Positions 28,563 through 38,564 of a DNA stretch of 64,000 bases are shown in pieces; positions within the stretch are counted from its first letter, which is position 1, and every line of letters begins with the position of its first letter. The DNA is taken from assembly GCA_964583975.1 (NCBI GenBank), contig CAZOXU010000007.1, positions 11,051 through 75,050 of the forward strand. The letters are read 5' to 3'. This DNA comes from an uncultured Planctomycetales bacterium. GTDB taxonomy: Bacteria > Omnitrophota > Gorgyraeia > Zapsychrales > Fredricksoniimonadaceae. The notes beneath the pieces are model-generated. The model searched no databases. It saw nothing but the letters and a program-made list of their open reading frames with translations, and was not told where the DNA came from. A program made the position numbers and the translations under genes.

Positions 28563-28862
28563 CTATTTGCGCTTTGCTGTCTTCTTTTTAGAAGATTTTT
28601 TCGCAGAAGACTTCTTTGCAGAAGACTTCTTGCGTGTACCGCCGCGCACCATCTTAGCACAGGAGACGTCTCCTTGTTTATCGATGAAATAAAGATACCC
28701 TTCTTCTCTTTTGACTCCGACCTTGGCGACTTTCTTGGTTGAACCACCTTTGCTGCCACCTCGGGCCATTTTAGCAGCAGAGATATCTCCCTGCTTGTCT
28801 AAGAAATACAGGTAACCCTTTTCTTTCTTAACTCCTACTTTAGCGACTTTTTTAGATGCCAT
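28563..28862 (-). CDS. Small basic protein with tandem about 39-aa duplication and Lys/Ser/Ala-rich tail (histone H1-like, nucleoid-associated?)
   Basis: KKVAKVGVKKEKGYLYFLDKQGDISAAKMARGG repeated as KKVAKVGVKREEGYLYFIDKQGDVSCAKMVRGG, then KKSSAKKSSAKKSSKKKTAKRK. Confidence 0.5.
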   Translation of the reverse strand: MASKKVAKVGVKKEKGYLYFLDKQGDISAAKMARGGSKGGSTKKVAKVGVKREEGYLYFIDKQGDVSCAKMVRGGTRKKSSAKKSSAKKSSKKKTAKRK

Positions 28863-28912
28863 AACGTGTTCCTCCTTTCTTTGATTTATTTTATGCTACG
28901 GTACTTCTTGCT

Positions 28913-29740
28913 TCACGTACCGATTCTAACTTGTCCAAAATACTGCTTTAAAGTCACAATAGCTGACAATACCGCTAAATAACTTGTCTTAGGATTATCA
29001 GGACAGACAACATTCTCTGTTTTTGTAACCATACGACCAAACTCGCCTGTCACTTCTATTTCATGGGAATTGACTTTAAACTCTGGAGATGTGGCTATAC
29101 GAATACGTAATTTATCTTTAGCGCCAGAAGCCAAGGCAATGGTAGCCGCTACATTAATATTTTGCGGAAAACATTTCACAGCTTCTTTCACATTTCCGTC
29201 AAACAACACGGTTTCTTTGGTTAACTGAGAAAGATTAATTCGTTTTTGCTGTACATAGGAATTATCACTAAAACCATAGATAGGTTTTCGTGTTGTTAAA
29301 GTAATATGTTGAATTCTACCAAGGCGTGCTGCTTTAATAGCATCGATACCTGCAATAGCTCCCGAAGGAATTAATAACTGACAGCCCTGCTTTTGAGCTA
29401 AATTTAAAATGGATTCTCCATTAAAAAGCTTACCTACACTCATCACCAGAACATCCTTCTTGGCCAATAACGCCTGACGAATCAACTCATGAGTATCAGG
29501 AGCATTAACAGCCTCAACCACTAAATCACAGTGATCTAATAATTGCTGATATGATTTTTGAACTATATTTTTATTAGGAAGGTACTTAGAAAGACTGGAT
29601 GCTTTGGCTGGATTAATATCATACAAAGCTGAAACAATCGCTGAATCTTCACACTCAGCTTTAATACTACGGGCAATTCTTGAACCTATGGCTCCACAGC
29701 CGAGAATTCCTACTTTAGTTTTTGTCTTGCTTCGGGTCAT
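28913..29740 (-). CDS. nadX: L-aspartate dehydrogenase
   Basis: GILGCGAIG Rossmann motif. FPQNINVAATIALA and PDNPKTSYLAVLSAI match Thermotoga NadX motifs. Confidence 0.65.
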   Translation of the reverse strand: MTRSKTKTKVGILGCGAIGSRIARSIKAECEDSAIVSALYDINPAKASSLSKYLPNKNIVQKSYQQLLDHCDLVVEAVNAPDTHELIRQALLAKKDVLVMSVGKLFNGESILNLAQKQGCQLLIPSGAIAGIDAIKAARLGRIQHITLTTRKPIYGFSDNSYVQQKRINLSQLTKETVLFDGNVKEAVKCFPQNINVAATIALASGAKDKLRIRIATSPEFKVNSHEIEVTGEFGRMVTKTENVVCPDNPKTSYLAVLSAIVTLKQYFGQVRIGT

Positions 29741-30584
29741 GAATGGGGATAATAACATTATCTATTAATCTTGTTTTACCGAAGAACACTGCTAAAGCAA
29801 TTAAAACATCGCCTTTTAAAACTTTAAGCGCTTGTAAACTCTTTGTATCCACACATTGAACGTATTGGATTTTTCCTGAGGATTGCTTTTGAATCATTGC
29901 GCGAATTTGAGCTGTAATCTTCGTTGAGGAACGCTCGCCAGCTTTAATACGTTGCTTAGCTTGCACAAGTGCCCTATATATTACAGAAGCTTCTTGGCGA
30001 TGCTCATCACTCAAATACTTATTACGAGAACTCATGGCTAAACCATCTACTTCTCGCATCGTCGCAACAATTTTAACTTGAACAGGAAAATTTAAATCCT
30101 CAACCATGGCCTTTAAAACAACCACCTGTTGGGCATCTTTTTGCCCCAGATATAACACATCAGGGCTTACAATATTCAAAAGCTTCGCTACAACCGTAGC
30201 TACTCCCCTAAAATGGCCCGGACGAAAATACCCACACAGGGTTGAAGAAATTTTTCCAACGTCAATGTATGTCAAATAACTTTCTGGATAGATGGCATTA
30301 TCCGACGGAACAAAAAGAATGTCAATATTTTCTTTTTTTAACATCGACGAGTCTCGCCGAATATCTCGGGGATATTTCTTAAAGTCTTCCTTAGGACCAA
30401 ACTGTGTAGGGTTCACATAGATACTCACTACACAAATATCATTGTGTTTCTTTGCCTCTCGCATTAACGATAAATGACCTTCATGAAAATATCCCATGGT
30501 CGGCACAAAACCAATCGTCTTATTCTCCCGACGATAATTAGCAATAATTATACGTAATTGATCTATGGATTTAACGATGCGCAT
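29715..30584 (-). CDS. panC: Pantoate--beta-alanine ligase
   Basis: PTMGYFHEGHLSL (HIGH-type) motif, 289 aa. Confidence 0.9.
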   Translation of the reverse strand: MRIVKSIDQLRIIIANYRRENKTIGFVPTMGYFHEGHLSLMREAKKHNDICVVSIYVNPTQFGPKEDFKKYPRDIRRDSSMLKKENIDILFVPSDNAIYPESYLTYIDVGKISSTLCGYFRPGHFRGVATVVAKLLNIVSPDVLYLGQKDAQQVVVLKAMVEDLNFPVQVKIVATMREVDGLAMSSRNKYLSDEHRQEASVIYRALVQAKQRIKAGERSSTKITAQIRAMIQKQSSGKIQYVQCVDTKSLQALKVLKGDVLIALAVFFGKTRLIDNVIIPIHDPKQDKN

Positions 30585-30985
30585 AGCTGAGGATCAATCT
30601 CTTTTAAAGGTTTAAGCACAAATGAACGCCCCATCATTCTTGGATGCGGTATCACCAGTGATCGGGTCACCAGCTTTAAATCATCATACAACAAAATATC
30701 AATATCAATTAAACGCGGACCATTAACAACATTTCTGATGCGTCCCATTCGTTTTTCAATGGATTTTGTTATAGATAAAAGTTCTTCAGCAGGAATAGAA
30801 GTCTGAGTTTTGATAACAGCGTTAAGGTATTTTCCTTGAACAGGACCATCTACTGGATCTGTCTCAATAATGGAAGATGCTTTTAGAATCTTAATACCTT
30901 GTGTTTTAAGATGAGCAATGGCTTTTTGAATCATTGCCTTTCGATCTGAAAGATTAGAACCCAGGGCAAGGTAGACGATCGCCAT
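30563..30985 (-). CDS. folK: 2-amino-4-hydroxy-6-hydroxymethyldihydropteridine pyrophosphokinase
   Basis: YLALGSNL...GPRLIDIDILLY...IPHPRM motifs, 140 aa. Confidence 0.85.
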   Translation of the reverse strand: MAIVYLALGSNLSDRKAMIQKAIAHLKTQGIKILKASSIIETDPVDGPVQGKYLNAVIKTQTSIPAEELLSITKSIEKRMGRIRNVVNGPRLIDIDILLYDDLKLVTRSLVIPHPRMMGRSFVLKPLKEIDPQLCASLNP

Positions 30986-32163
30986 TAGAGAATTTTCTTG
31001 AGTCTTTCCACAGCCTGATGAATACGTTCTGTAGGCAAAGTGATTGCCATGCGTACGTAGCCCTCGCCTGATTTACCAAAACCATTACCAGGAGTCACGA
31101 CAATATCAGCCTGATCTAAAAAGGCCTTTGCACATTCCATCGAATCCGTAAACTTAGATGGAAGCTTAGCCCAGATATAGAAAGCGCCTTTAGGAGGATC
31201 AATTCTCCAACCAATAGAGCGCAAACCATTAATCAAAGCATCGCGACGGTTTTGATACTCTTGACGCATATCTTCAATATCACGAGGATCCATGTTCAAA
31301 GCAGCAATACCAGCATATTGAATAGCATTGAATACGCCTGAGTCACAGTTAGATTTAACTTTAGCTAAGGCTGAAACCAACGTAGGATTTCCACAAGCCC
31401 AACCTAAACGCCAACCAGTCATGTAATAGGTCTTAGAAAAAGAATGAAATTCAATAGCAATGTCCTTAGCTCCCTGAACTTCTAAAATACTTGGAGGCTT
31501 AATACCATCATAATAAACTTCAGAATAAGCCAAATCAGAGACAATAATAATCCCCTTGGCCTTGCAAACCGCGACTAATTCTTGATAAAACTTTTTATCA
31601 GCGGTCGCAGCTGTTGGATTATTGGGATAACAGACAAACAAAGCCTTAACATTCTTTAATTCTTCAATATCAGAAATCTTAGGTAACCAACCATTGCTAG
31701 CTTTAAGAGGCAGATATTGAATTTTCCCACCAGCAAAAGTAATGGCCGCCTGATACGCAGGATAGGCTGGCTCGCAAAGTACAACCTTATCCCCTGGATT
31801 AATAATTCCTAAAGGAAAATGTGCAATTCCTTCTTTAGAACCAATCAAAGGATAAATTTCCGTGGGAGCATCTAATTCAACGCCAAAGCGCCCCTTAAAC
31901 CATTTGGCAATCTCAACGCGTAATTGCGGAACGCCAGCATCAAAAGGATAGTGATGATTGTTTACGTCTTGAGCAGCCTTAGTTAGAGCATCAATGATCA
32001 CCTGATGCGTCCTTTGGTCAGGATCACCTACACCTAAATTTATCACATCCCGCCCAGCTGCGAGCGCTGCGCGTTTGGCTTTATCAATTTCAACAAATAA
32101 ATACGGTGGCAAGGCTTTTAGACGATCAGAAAAATCAATATTGAATGCTGTTTCAGTAGACAT
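30985..32163 (-). CDS. dapL: Class I/II PLP aminotransferase, probably LL-diaminopimelate aminotransferase
   Basis: Fold-type I aminotransferase with PLP-Lys region (SFSKTYYMTGWRLGW). Context with dapB-dapA-dapF-lysA and no dapD/dapC/dapE in the window. Assignment is context-driven. Confidence 0.55.
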   Translation of the reverse strand: MSTETAFNIDFSDRLKALPPYLFVEIDKAKRAALAAGRDVINLGVGDPDQRTHQVIIDALTKAAQDVNNHHYPFDAGVPQLRVEIAKWFKGRFGVELDAPTEIYPLIGSKEGIAHFPLGIINPGDKVVLCEPAYPAYQAAITFAGGKIQYLPLKASNGWLPKISDIEELKNVKALFVCYPNNPTAATADKKFYQELVAVCKAKGIIIVSDLAYSEVYYDGIKPPSILEVQGAKDIAIEFHSFSKTYYMTGWRLGWACGNPTLVSALAKVKSNCDSGVFNAIQYAGIAALNMDPRDIEDMRQEYQNRRDALINGLRSIGWRIDPPKGAFYIWAKLPSKFTDSMECAKAFLDQADIVVTPGNGFGKSGEGYVRMAITLPTERIHQAVERLKKIL

Positions 32164-32209
32164 ACTTTCTCCAATAAATGTACGGGCAAGACTACCTCGC
32201 CCTCTACGG

Positions 32210-32929
32210 TTAATTCAAACCCAATACATCCTGCATGTTATACAAACCTTTTTTCTTCTTGGCTAAAAACTTAGCCGCCACCAATGATCCTTCCGCAAAA
32301 ATATCGCGAGTCTTGGCATGATGATGGATGGAAATCAAATCTACAGGACTTTCAAAAAATATTGTATGGTCTCCAATCACTTCACCCTCACGAATTGATT
32401 CCATATCCTTAACCTTAGTCTTAGAAAATTGTTCGGCAATCTCAGCCATAGTCTTAGCTGTTCCTGAAGGCGCATCTTTCTTATGAACGTGGTGGGTCTC
32501 AGTCAAACGCAAAGCATAATTCTTACCTGTGATCTGTGAGGCGCGACGAATAAGACCAAAAACAATATTGACCCCCACCGACATGTTGGAAGAAAAAACA
32601 ATCGCAATCTTCTGAGAAGCTTTTTTAATCTGGGTGATTTGCGCTGCACTTAGGCCTGTCGTACCAATGACCATATTAACACCATACTTCTGGCAAACCT
32701 TCAAATGCTCAATCGTAGCTTCAGGTGAAGTGAACTCTATAAGGACATTAGAACCTTTTAATGTATCTGCATCCAAACTCACAGGTAAATTACAAACTCT
32801 TTCAGGAACATCGCTACGATTAGAGCTTTCTAATAGTGTAGAAATCTTAAAAACTTTGTCATTTAAAGCTAAAGCGGTGATTCTCTGACCCATACGACCC
32901 TGACAACCTGAGACAGCAAGTTTAATCAT
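32210..32929 (-). CDS. dapB: 4-hydroxy-tetrahydrodipicolinate reductase
   Basis: N-terminal GCQGRMG Rossmann motif. 239 aa. Confidence 0.85.
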   Translation of the reverse strand: MIKLAVSGCQGRMGQRITALALNDKVFKISTLLESSNRSDVPERVCNLPVSLDADTLKGSNVLIEFTSPEATIEHLKVCQKYGVNMVIGTTGLSAAQITQIKKASQKIAIVFSSNMSVGVNIVFGLIRRASQITGKNYALRLTETHHVHKKDAPSGTAKTMAEIAEQFSKTKVKDMESIREGEVIGDHTIFFESPVDLISIHHHAKTRDIFAEGSLVAAKFLAKKKKGLYNMQDVLGLN

Positions 32930-32967
32930 GCGATTTCCTTTTATTGTATGCCAAAGGCAGATCAGCC

Positions 32968-33861
32968 TTAGGCTGAAATTTTTAAACCGTAAGCAGTTAA
33001 AGCTGTTTTTAATTTGGCTAAATTATCATCTTCCATCTCACACATCGGAAGACGCATCAAATTAGAACACATACCCATCAAAGCAGCTGCTGTTTTGACA
33101 GGAATAGGATTGGTCTCAATAAATAAACTCTCAATTAAAGGCAAAAGTTTCTTGTTGATAGATTCTGCCGATGCTTTATCACCTTTATTAAATGCATTAA
33201 CCAATCCTGCAACATCCCTAGGAACAATATTGGAGGCCACAGAAATAATCCCTACCCCTCCCATAGATAAGATAGGCAAGGTCAAGGCATCATCTCCTGA
33301 GATTAAAAGAAAATCTTTAGGACATACTTCACGGATTTTCTTCATTTGCTCTAAATTTCCTGAAGCTTCTTTCACGGCAATAATATTCTTAATACCTGCC
33401 AATTTAGCCATTAAATCTGGTTCAATATTCTTTCCAGTACGTCCAGCGATGTTATAGAGGACAATCGGGATATCAGCAGCCTCACTGATCGCTTTATAAT
33501 GCAAGTAGATACCTTTATTGGTTGGCTTATTGTAATACGGTGTCACAACTAGAACTGCATCTGCTCCCACCTTGGCTGCATACTTGGTCATATGCACAGC
33601 CTCAGCGGTCGAATTAGAACCAGCTCCAGCAATAACAGGAACTCGCTTGGCTACGGTTTCCACACAAATTTTAATTACATGCTCATGCTCTTTTTCAGAT
33701 AAAGTTGGCGATTCCCCAGTAGTACCGCAGGGCACCACTCCATGAATACCTTGAGCAATCTGCCATTCAATTAATTTCTTATAGGAAGCCTCATCAATAC
33801 CATTATTAGTGAAAGGCGTTACTAAAGCTGTAAATGCACCGTGGAATTTTTTTCTGTCCAT
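32968..33861 (-). CDS. dapA: 4-hydroxy-tetrahydrodipicolinate synthase
   Basis: GTTGE motif, Schiff-base Lys region, 297 aa. Confidence 0.9.
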   Translation of the reverse strand: MDRKKFHGAFTALVTPFTNNGIDEASYKKLIEWQIAQGIHGVVPCGTTGESPTLSEKEHEHVIKICVETVAKRVPVIAGAGSNSTAEAVHMTKYAAKVGADAVLVVTPYYNKPTNKGIYLHYKAISEAADIPIVLYNIAGRTGKNIEPDLMAKLAGIKNIIAVKEASGNLEQMKKIREVCPKDFLLISGDDALTLPILSMGGVGIISVASNIVPRDVAGLVNAFNKGDKASAESINKKLLPLIESLFIETNPIPVKTAAALMGMCSNLMRLPMCEMEDDNLAKLKTALTAYGLKISA

Positions 33862-33902
33862 CTTGTTCCTTTATTGTAAGGGCGAGGTTACCTCGACCCT
33901 AC

Positions 33903-34748
33903 TTAATAATAATATTCACCTTTGGCAATCACCTTGGCCGTGCCTTTTAGCCATACATTATCAATTTTATTTCCTTCATGTAAATCAAAAGTTATTTCCA
34001 ATACTTCCTTGCTTGCTGTAGCAACCTTCATCTGCGCTGCTTTTTGTTCTTTCACAGTTGGATGCAAATGAAGATAAGAAACCAAGGCTGAGGCAACAGC
34101 TCCCGTTCCACAAGCTAAGGTTTCGGCTTCTACACCACGTTCATAGGTACGCACAGAAACCATACTATTTTGTGACTGACCTGTAATAGGTGAGGCGATC
34201 TCCACAAAATTGACATTGGTGCCTCGAGGAGCAAATCTTGGATGATTACGGATCAAGCGACCCAAACTGTTCACATCCACTTCTTGCAAACCTTCCACAA
34301 AAGCAACCGTGTGAGGCACTCCTGTATCTATAAAATCAACCGACATCTTTTGATTGGCAATGGTGATATTAAGTCCTGACATATAACCTTTAGGATCAGA
34401 TAATTTAACACGAGCCACCTCTCCTTCAGCCTCACCTAAAATTTCTCCAGCCAGGGTTTCCATACCAAAAAGCTTTTTGATAGGATGCTGATTCATGACA
34501 ATATAAGAAGCCATGCAGCGAGCTCCATTACCGCACATCTCTGCCTCGGAACCATCGGCATTGATAATGCGCATGCGGTAATCTGATGTCTTAGACTTAT
34601 CCAAAATCAAAACCCCATCTGCCCCAATCCCTGTATTTCTAGCACAAACTTTTTGGGTGAATTTTACATAATCTAAATTGGCCTGCGGCTCGATCACAAT
34701 AAAATCATTACCAGCACCAACCATTTTGACAAAAGGAATTTTATTCAT
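33903..34748 (-). CDS. dapF: Diaminopimelate epimerase
   Basis: Two catalytic Cys (MCGNGARC, LACGTGAVA), 281 aa. Confidence 0.9.
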   Translation of the reverse strand: MNKIPFVKMVGAGNDFIVIEPQANLDYVKFTQKVCARNTGIGADGVLILDKSKTSDYRMRIINADGSEAEMCGNGARCMASYIVMNQHPIKKLFGMETLAGEILGEAEGEVARVKLSDPKGYMSGLNITIANQKMSVDFIDTGVPHTVAFVEGLQEVDVNSLGRLIRNHPRFAPRGTNVNFVEIASPITGQSQNSMVSVRTYERGVEAETLACGTGAVASALVSYLHLHPTVKEQKAAQMKVATASKEVLEITFDLHEGNKIDNVWLKGTAKVIAKGEYYY

Positions 34749-34749
34749 A

Positions 34750-36006
34750 TTATTTCAGAAATTTTGGCAATTTCTCTCCACGCATTAAATCTTTAAAAGT
34801 TTCTCGTTCTCTAACTATTTCAAACTTATTTCCACGCACCATGACTTCAGGCACACGACCGCGTACATTATAATTGCTAGCCATCACATAGCCATAGGCA
34901 CCGGCACTCATAATAGCCAATAAATCCTCAGGACCGACCTTAGGCAAAAGTCTATCATGAGCAAAGAAATCTCCACTTTCACAAATAGGACCAACCACAT
35001 CAACCTTCATCTTGCCAGCCTTGCTTGCTTTGACAGGCACAATTTCATGATAAGCATCATATAACATGGGGCGAATTAAATCATTCATCCCTCCATCAAC
35101 GATCACAAATCTTTTCACTCCATTATCTTTGATATAGAGCACCTTGGTCACAAAAATTCCTGCATTGCCAACAATAAAACGACCAGGTTCCATAATAATC
35201 TTCAAACCTGTCTGTAGCAAAATTGGAAGAACCTTATCGGCATAGGCTTGAGCCGTTTGAGGCGTTTCATTCTTATAGATAATCCCCAGACCACCACCGA
35301 TATCTAAGTATTCAATACTCACACCTTCTTTGCGTAATTCATTAATGAAGGCCACAATTTTCTTTAAAGCGCCAACAAAAGGAGCCCCTTCAGTAATCTG
35401 CGAACCAATATGAATATGCACGCCGTTAATTCTAACGTTCGAATATTTCTTCTGAGACTGAAAAATCTGTCTCGTTGTGCTTAAATCAATCCCGAACTTC
35501 TTCTTCAAAGAACCTGTGGTGATATACTCATGCGTTGGCGCTGGAACATCAGGATTAACACGCAAGGCCGCCTGGACCTTTTTGCCCATCTTCTTGGCAA
35601 TACGGTTAATCTCGGCAAGCTCTGGCTCGCTTTCCACGTTAAAAAGTAAGATGCCAGTTTTAATCGCAAAGGCTATTTCTTCTTCAGTCTTTCCTACCGA
35701 GGCAAAGACAACCTTCTTAGGATCAACGCCAGCAATCAAAGCTTTCTTAAGCTCTCCTACAGAAACAATATCAATCCCTGCCCCTAAATCAATCAGGCTC
35801 TTAATGACTGCCAGATTACCGTTGGCCTTCATAGCAAAACATATTAAAGGATTAACAGGGGCAAAAGCTTTTTGAAGCTTCGTAAAATGATCCGCTAAAG
35901 TCTTATAACTATACAAATAAAAAGGCGTACCAACCGATCGAGCTATGGTTGAAACCTTGATATTCTCACAATTTAATTCACCATTCTTAAAATGAAAATC
36001 ATGCAT
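34750..36006 (-). CDS. lysA: Diaminopimelate decarboxylase
   Basis: Fold-III PLP decarboxylase, AMKAN PLP-Lys motif, EPGR, 418 aa. Confidence 0.9.
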   Translation of the reverse strand: MHDFHFKNGELNCENIKVSTIARSVGTPFYLYSYKTLADHFTKLQKAFAPVNPLICFAMKANGNLAVIKSLIDLGAGIDIVSVGELKKALIAGVDPKKVVFASVGKTEEEIAFAIKTGILLFNVESEPELAEINRIAKKMGKKVQAALRVNPDVPAPTHEYITTGSLKKKFGIDLSTTRQIFQSQKKYSNVRINGVHIHIGSQITEGAPFVGALKKIVAFINELRKEGVSIEYLDIGGGLGIIYKNETPQTAQAYADKVLPILLQTGLKIIMEPGRFIVGNAGIFVTKVLYIKDNGVKRFVIVDGGMNDLIRPMLYDAYHEIVPVKASKAGKMKVDVVGPICESGDFFAHDRLLPKVGPEDLLAIMSAGAYGYVMASNYNVRGRVPEVMVRGNKFEIVRERETFKDLMRGEKLPKFLK

Positions 36007-37375
36007 TGAGTCGGCCTATCCATTTATTTAATTGTTGATTCACTAAAACAGGATTTGTTGAACCAAAAGAAGATTTGATTTTAACAGAGCTTTGCGGATT
36101 GAAAAGTTTTTTTACATCCTCCTTCAAGAGTGGATGATAGGCTTTTAATTGCGCGGCATTTAAACGTGAAATCTTGACACCTCGATCCAAGCATTCCTTT
36201 ACCATTCGCCCTAAAACATCATGAGCATCCCGATAAGAGACACCCTGTTTGATTAAATAATCCATCGCATCAACACAGAAGAAACTTTCATCAACTGTCG
36301 CGTTAGCTAATCGTAATTTCTTCACTTGAAGATTCGCAAATAATTTCGCTAAGGTCTGCAACATTAATTCCGTAGTTTCAACGGTTGCAAATAGTGGGGG
36401 TTTATCCAACTGCATATCTCGGTTATAAGTCAACGGCAGACCTTTAAGCAAAACCAAAACTTCAGTCAAATGACCATAGATCTTGCCCGTAGTCCCTCGC
36501 ATCAGCTCCAGCACATCAGGATTCTTTTTATGTGGCATAATCGAAGAGCCCGTACAAAAACTCGCATCAATATCGATAAAATCAAATTCCTTAGTTGCCC
36601 ATAGTATTAAGTCCTCTGAAATTCGAGACAGATGCATAGCGGTAATCGAGCAGCTCGCAATTAACTCAACAATAAAGTCCCGATCACTAACAACATCCAT
36701 GCTATTGGCTGCCACCTGGGCAAAGCCTAACAAGGTAGCTACATAGCCCCGATCGGTTTTCAAAGATGTACCAGACATAGCGCAGGCACCGAGCGGCATT
36801 ACATTGGTACGATTAAAACAATCTTCCAATCGAGATTTATCCCGCTCAAGCATCTCCACATAAGCCAACAGATGATGCGCCAGCAATACAACTTGAGCCT
36901 GCTGCAAATGGGTGTAGCCTGGAATAATGACATCGTTATTGTTTTTAGCAAAAGCCAAAATAGATTTCTGCAAATTCTCGATCGCCACAGCCAGATGTAA
37001 AATATGATCTAAAGCGTATAGCTTCACATCAAGAACAACCTGGTCATTTCGCGAACGGGCCGTATGAAGCTTATCTGCCGGTTTACCCACTAAGGCTTTG
37101 AGACGATTTTGAATGTCTGTGTGAATATCCTCAGCCTTAGGATCGTATTTGAATTTGCCAGCAGTAATCTGCATCAGAATCTTACGAAGTCCCGTTGCGA
37201 TCGCAGCAGATTCTTTTTTAGAAATAATCCCCTGCTTGCCCAACATCAAGGCATGAGCAATCGAGCCAATGCAATCGTATTTGGCTAAACGATAATCATA
37301 GCTAATGCTGAAGGTGAATTGATCAGCCAGCTTATCAGACTTCTTATCAAATCGCGCTCCCCAGAGTTTACTCAT
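35999..37375 (-). CDS. argH: Argininosuccinate lyase
   Basis: GSSIMPHKKNP fumarate-lyase signature, 458 aa. Confidence 0.9.
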   Translation of the reverse strand: MSKLWGARFDKKSDKLADQFTFSISYDYRLAKYDCIGSIAHALMLGKQGIISKKESAAIATGLRKILMQITAGKFKYDPKAEDIHTDIQNRLKALVGKPADKLHTARSRNDQVVLDVKLYALDHILHLAVAIENLQKSILAFAKNNNDVIIPGYTHLQQAQVVLLAHHLLAYVEMLERDKSRLEDCFNRTNVMPLGACAMSGTSLKTDRGYVATLLGFAQVAANSMDVVSDRDFIVELIASCSITAMHLSRISEDLILWATKEFDFIDIDASFCTGSSIMPHKKNPDVLELMRGTTGKIYGHLTEVLVLLKGLPLTYNRDMQLDKPPLFATVETTELMLQTLAKLFANLQVKKLRLANATVDESFFCVDAMDYLIKQGVSYRDAHDVLGRMVKECLDRGVKISRLNAAQLKAYHPLLKEDVKKLFNPQSSVKIKSSFGSTNPVLVNQQLNKWIGRLNA

Positions 37376-37383
37376 AGGTCTCC

Positions 37384-38547
37384 TTAATAAGGCATGCCCC
37401 AGATACGAATAAAGCCTTCGGATAATTTTGGATCAAAGATATCTTTATCCCCATAGGTCGCCAGCTCTTCCTTGTAACGTGAAAATGGTGACTTGCGCCC
37501 TACCACAGAACAATTACCCTTATACAATTTCAAACGAACAACCCCACTGACACGTTCCTGGGTTTTATTAATGTAAGCATCTAATTGCTGCTTCAAAGGC
37601 GTTTCCCACAATCCGTAATACGTTAACTCAGCATATCTCGGAGAAATCAATTCTTTATAGTGCAAGGTTTCACGATCCAGGACCATGGCTTCGAGTTCTT
37701 TATGCGAGGTAATCAACAAGGTACCTGCTGGATTTTCATAAATCTCACGGGATTTGATTCCAACCAAACGGTTCTCTACCATATCAACTCGACCCACCCC
37801 ATTACGTCCACCAATCTCGTTAAGTTTTTGAACTAACTCGACAGGCTTATAGGTTTTCCCGTTAACCTTAACTGGAATTCCCTTCGCATATTCAATCTCA
37901 ACATACTCAGGCTTATTAGGACACTTCAAAGGATTCTTGGTCATCAAATAAATCTCTTCTGGTGGCTCAACCCAAGGATCTTCCAAAACGCCACATTCAA
38001 TCGAACGCCCATAAAGATTGATATCCGTGGAATAAGGACTTTTCTTAGACACATCGATCGGGATCTTATGTTTATGCGCATATTCGATCTCCTGCTCGCG
38101 TGTTTTAAATTCCCAGGTACGAAGCGGGGCCAACAATTCTAAATGTGGTGCCAAAATCTTGGCGGTTACTTCAAAACGCACCTGATCATTCCCCTTACCT
38201 GTACATCCATGAGCAATCGCATTGGCCTTTTCTTTCTTGGCAACCAGAACCTGATGCTTGGCAATCAACGGACGCGACAAAGCTGTTGCTAAGAAATATT
38301 TTCCTTCATAGACGGCATTGGCTTTGATTGCTGGAAACACATAATCCTTCACAAACTCTTCTTTCAAATCTTCAATATAAACCTTGGATGCGCCAGTGGC
38401 TAAAGCTCGTTTTTGAATAATATTAAAATCCGAGCCTTGTCCAACGTCAGCCATGAATGCGATAACTTCATAGCCTTTGTCTTTGTACCAACGAATTAAA
38501 CATGAAGTGTCAAGACCGCCTGAATATGCCAACACGACTTTTTTCAT
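37384..38547 (-). CDS. argG: Argininosuccinate synthase
   Basis: AYSGGLDTS PP-loop, 387 aa. Confidence 0.9.
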   Translation of the reverse strand: MKKVVLAYSGGLDTSCLIRWYKDKGYEVIAFMADVGQGSDFNIIQKRALATGASKVYIEDLKEEFVKDYVFPAIKANAVYEGKYFLATALSRPLIAKHQVLVAKKEKANAIAHGCTGKGNDQVRFEVTAKILAPHLELLAPLRTWEFKTREQEIEYAHKHKIPIDVSKKSPYSTDINLYGRSIECGVLEDPWVEPPEEIYLMTKNPLKCPNKPEYVEIEYAKGIPVKVNGKTYKPVELVQKLNEIGGRNGVGRVDMVENRLVGIKSREIYENPAGTLLITSHKELEAMVLDRETLHYKELISPRYAELTYYGLWETPLKQQLDAYINKTQERVSGVVRLKLYKGNCSVVGRKSPFSRYKEELATYGDKDIFDPKLSEGFIRIWGMPY

Positions 38548-38564
38548 AACATTGCTCTCCTAAA

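Noticed and set aside
28547-28759. 70-aa alternative-frame ORF overlapping the Lys-rich protein gene
   Set aside because: The 99-aa frame shows an exact internal duplication and a coherent basic tail. The 70-aa frame is its shadow.
28620-28830. 117-nt tandem DNA repeat, considered as a possible CRISPR or minisatellite
   Set aside because: Only two copies. It is in-frame coding sequence producing the duplicated protein module. No repeat-spacer architecture anywhere in the window.
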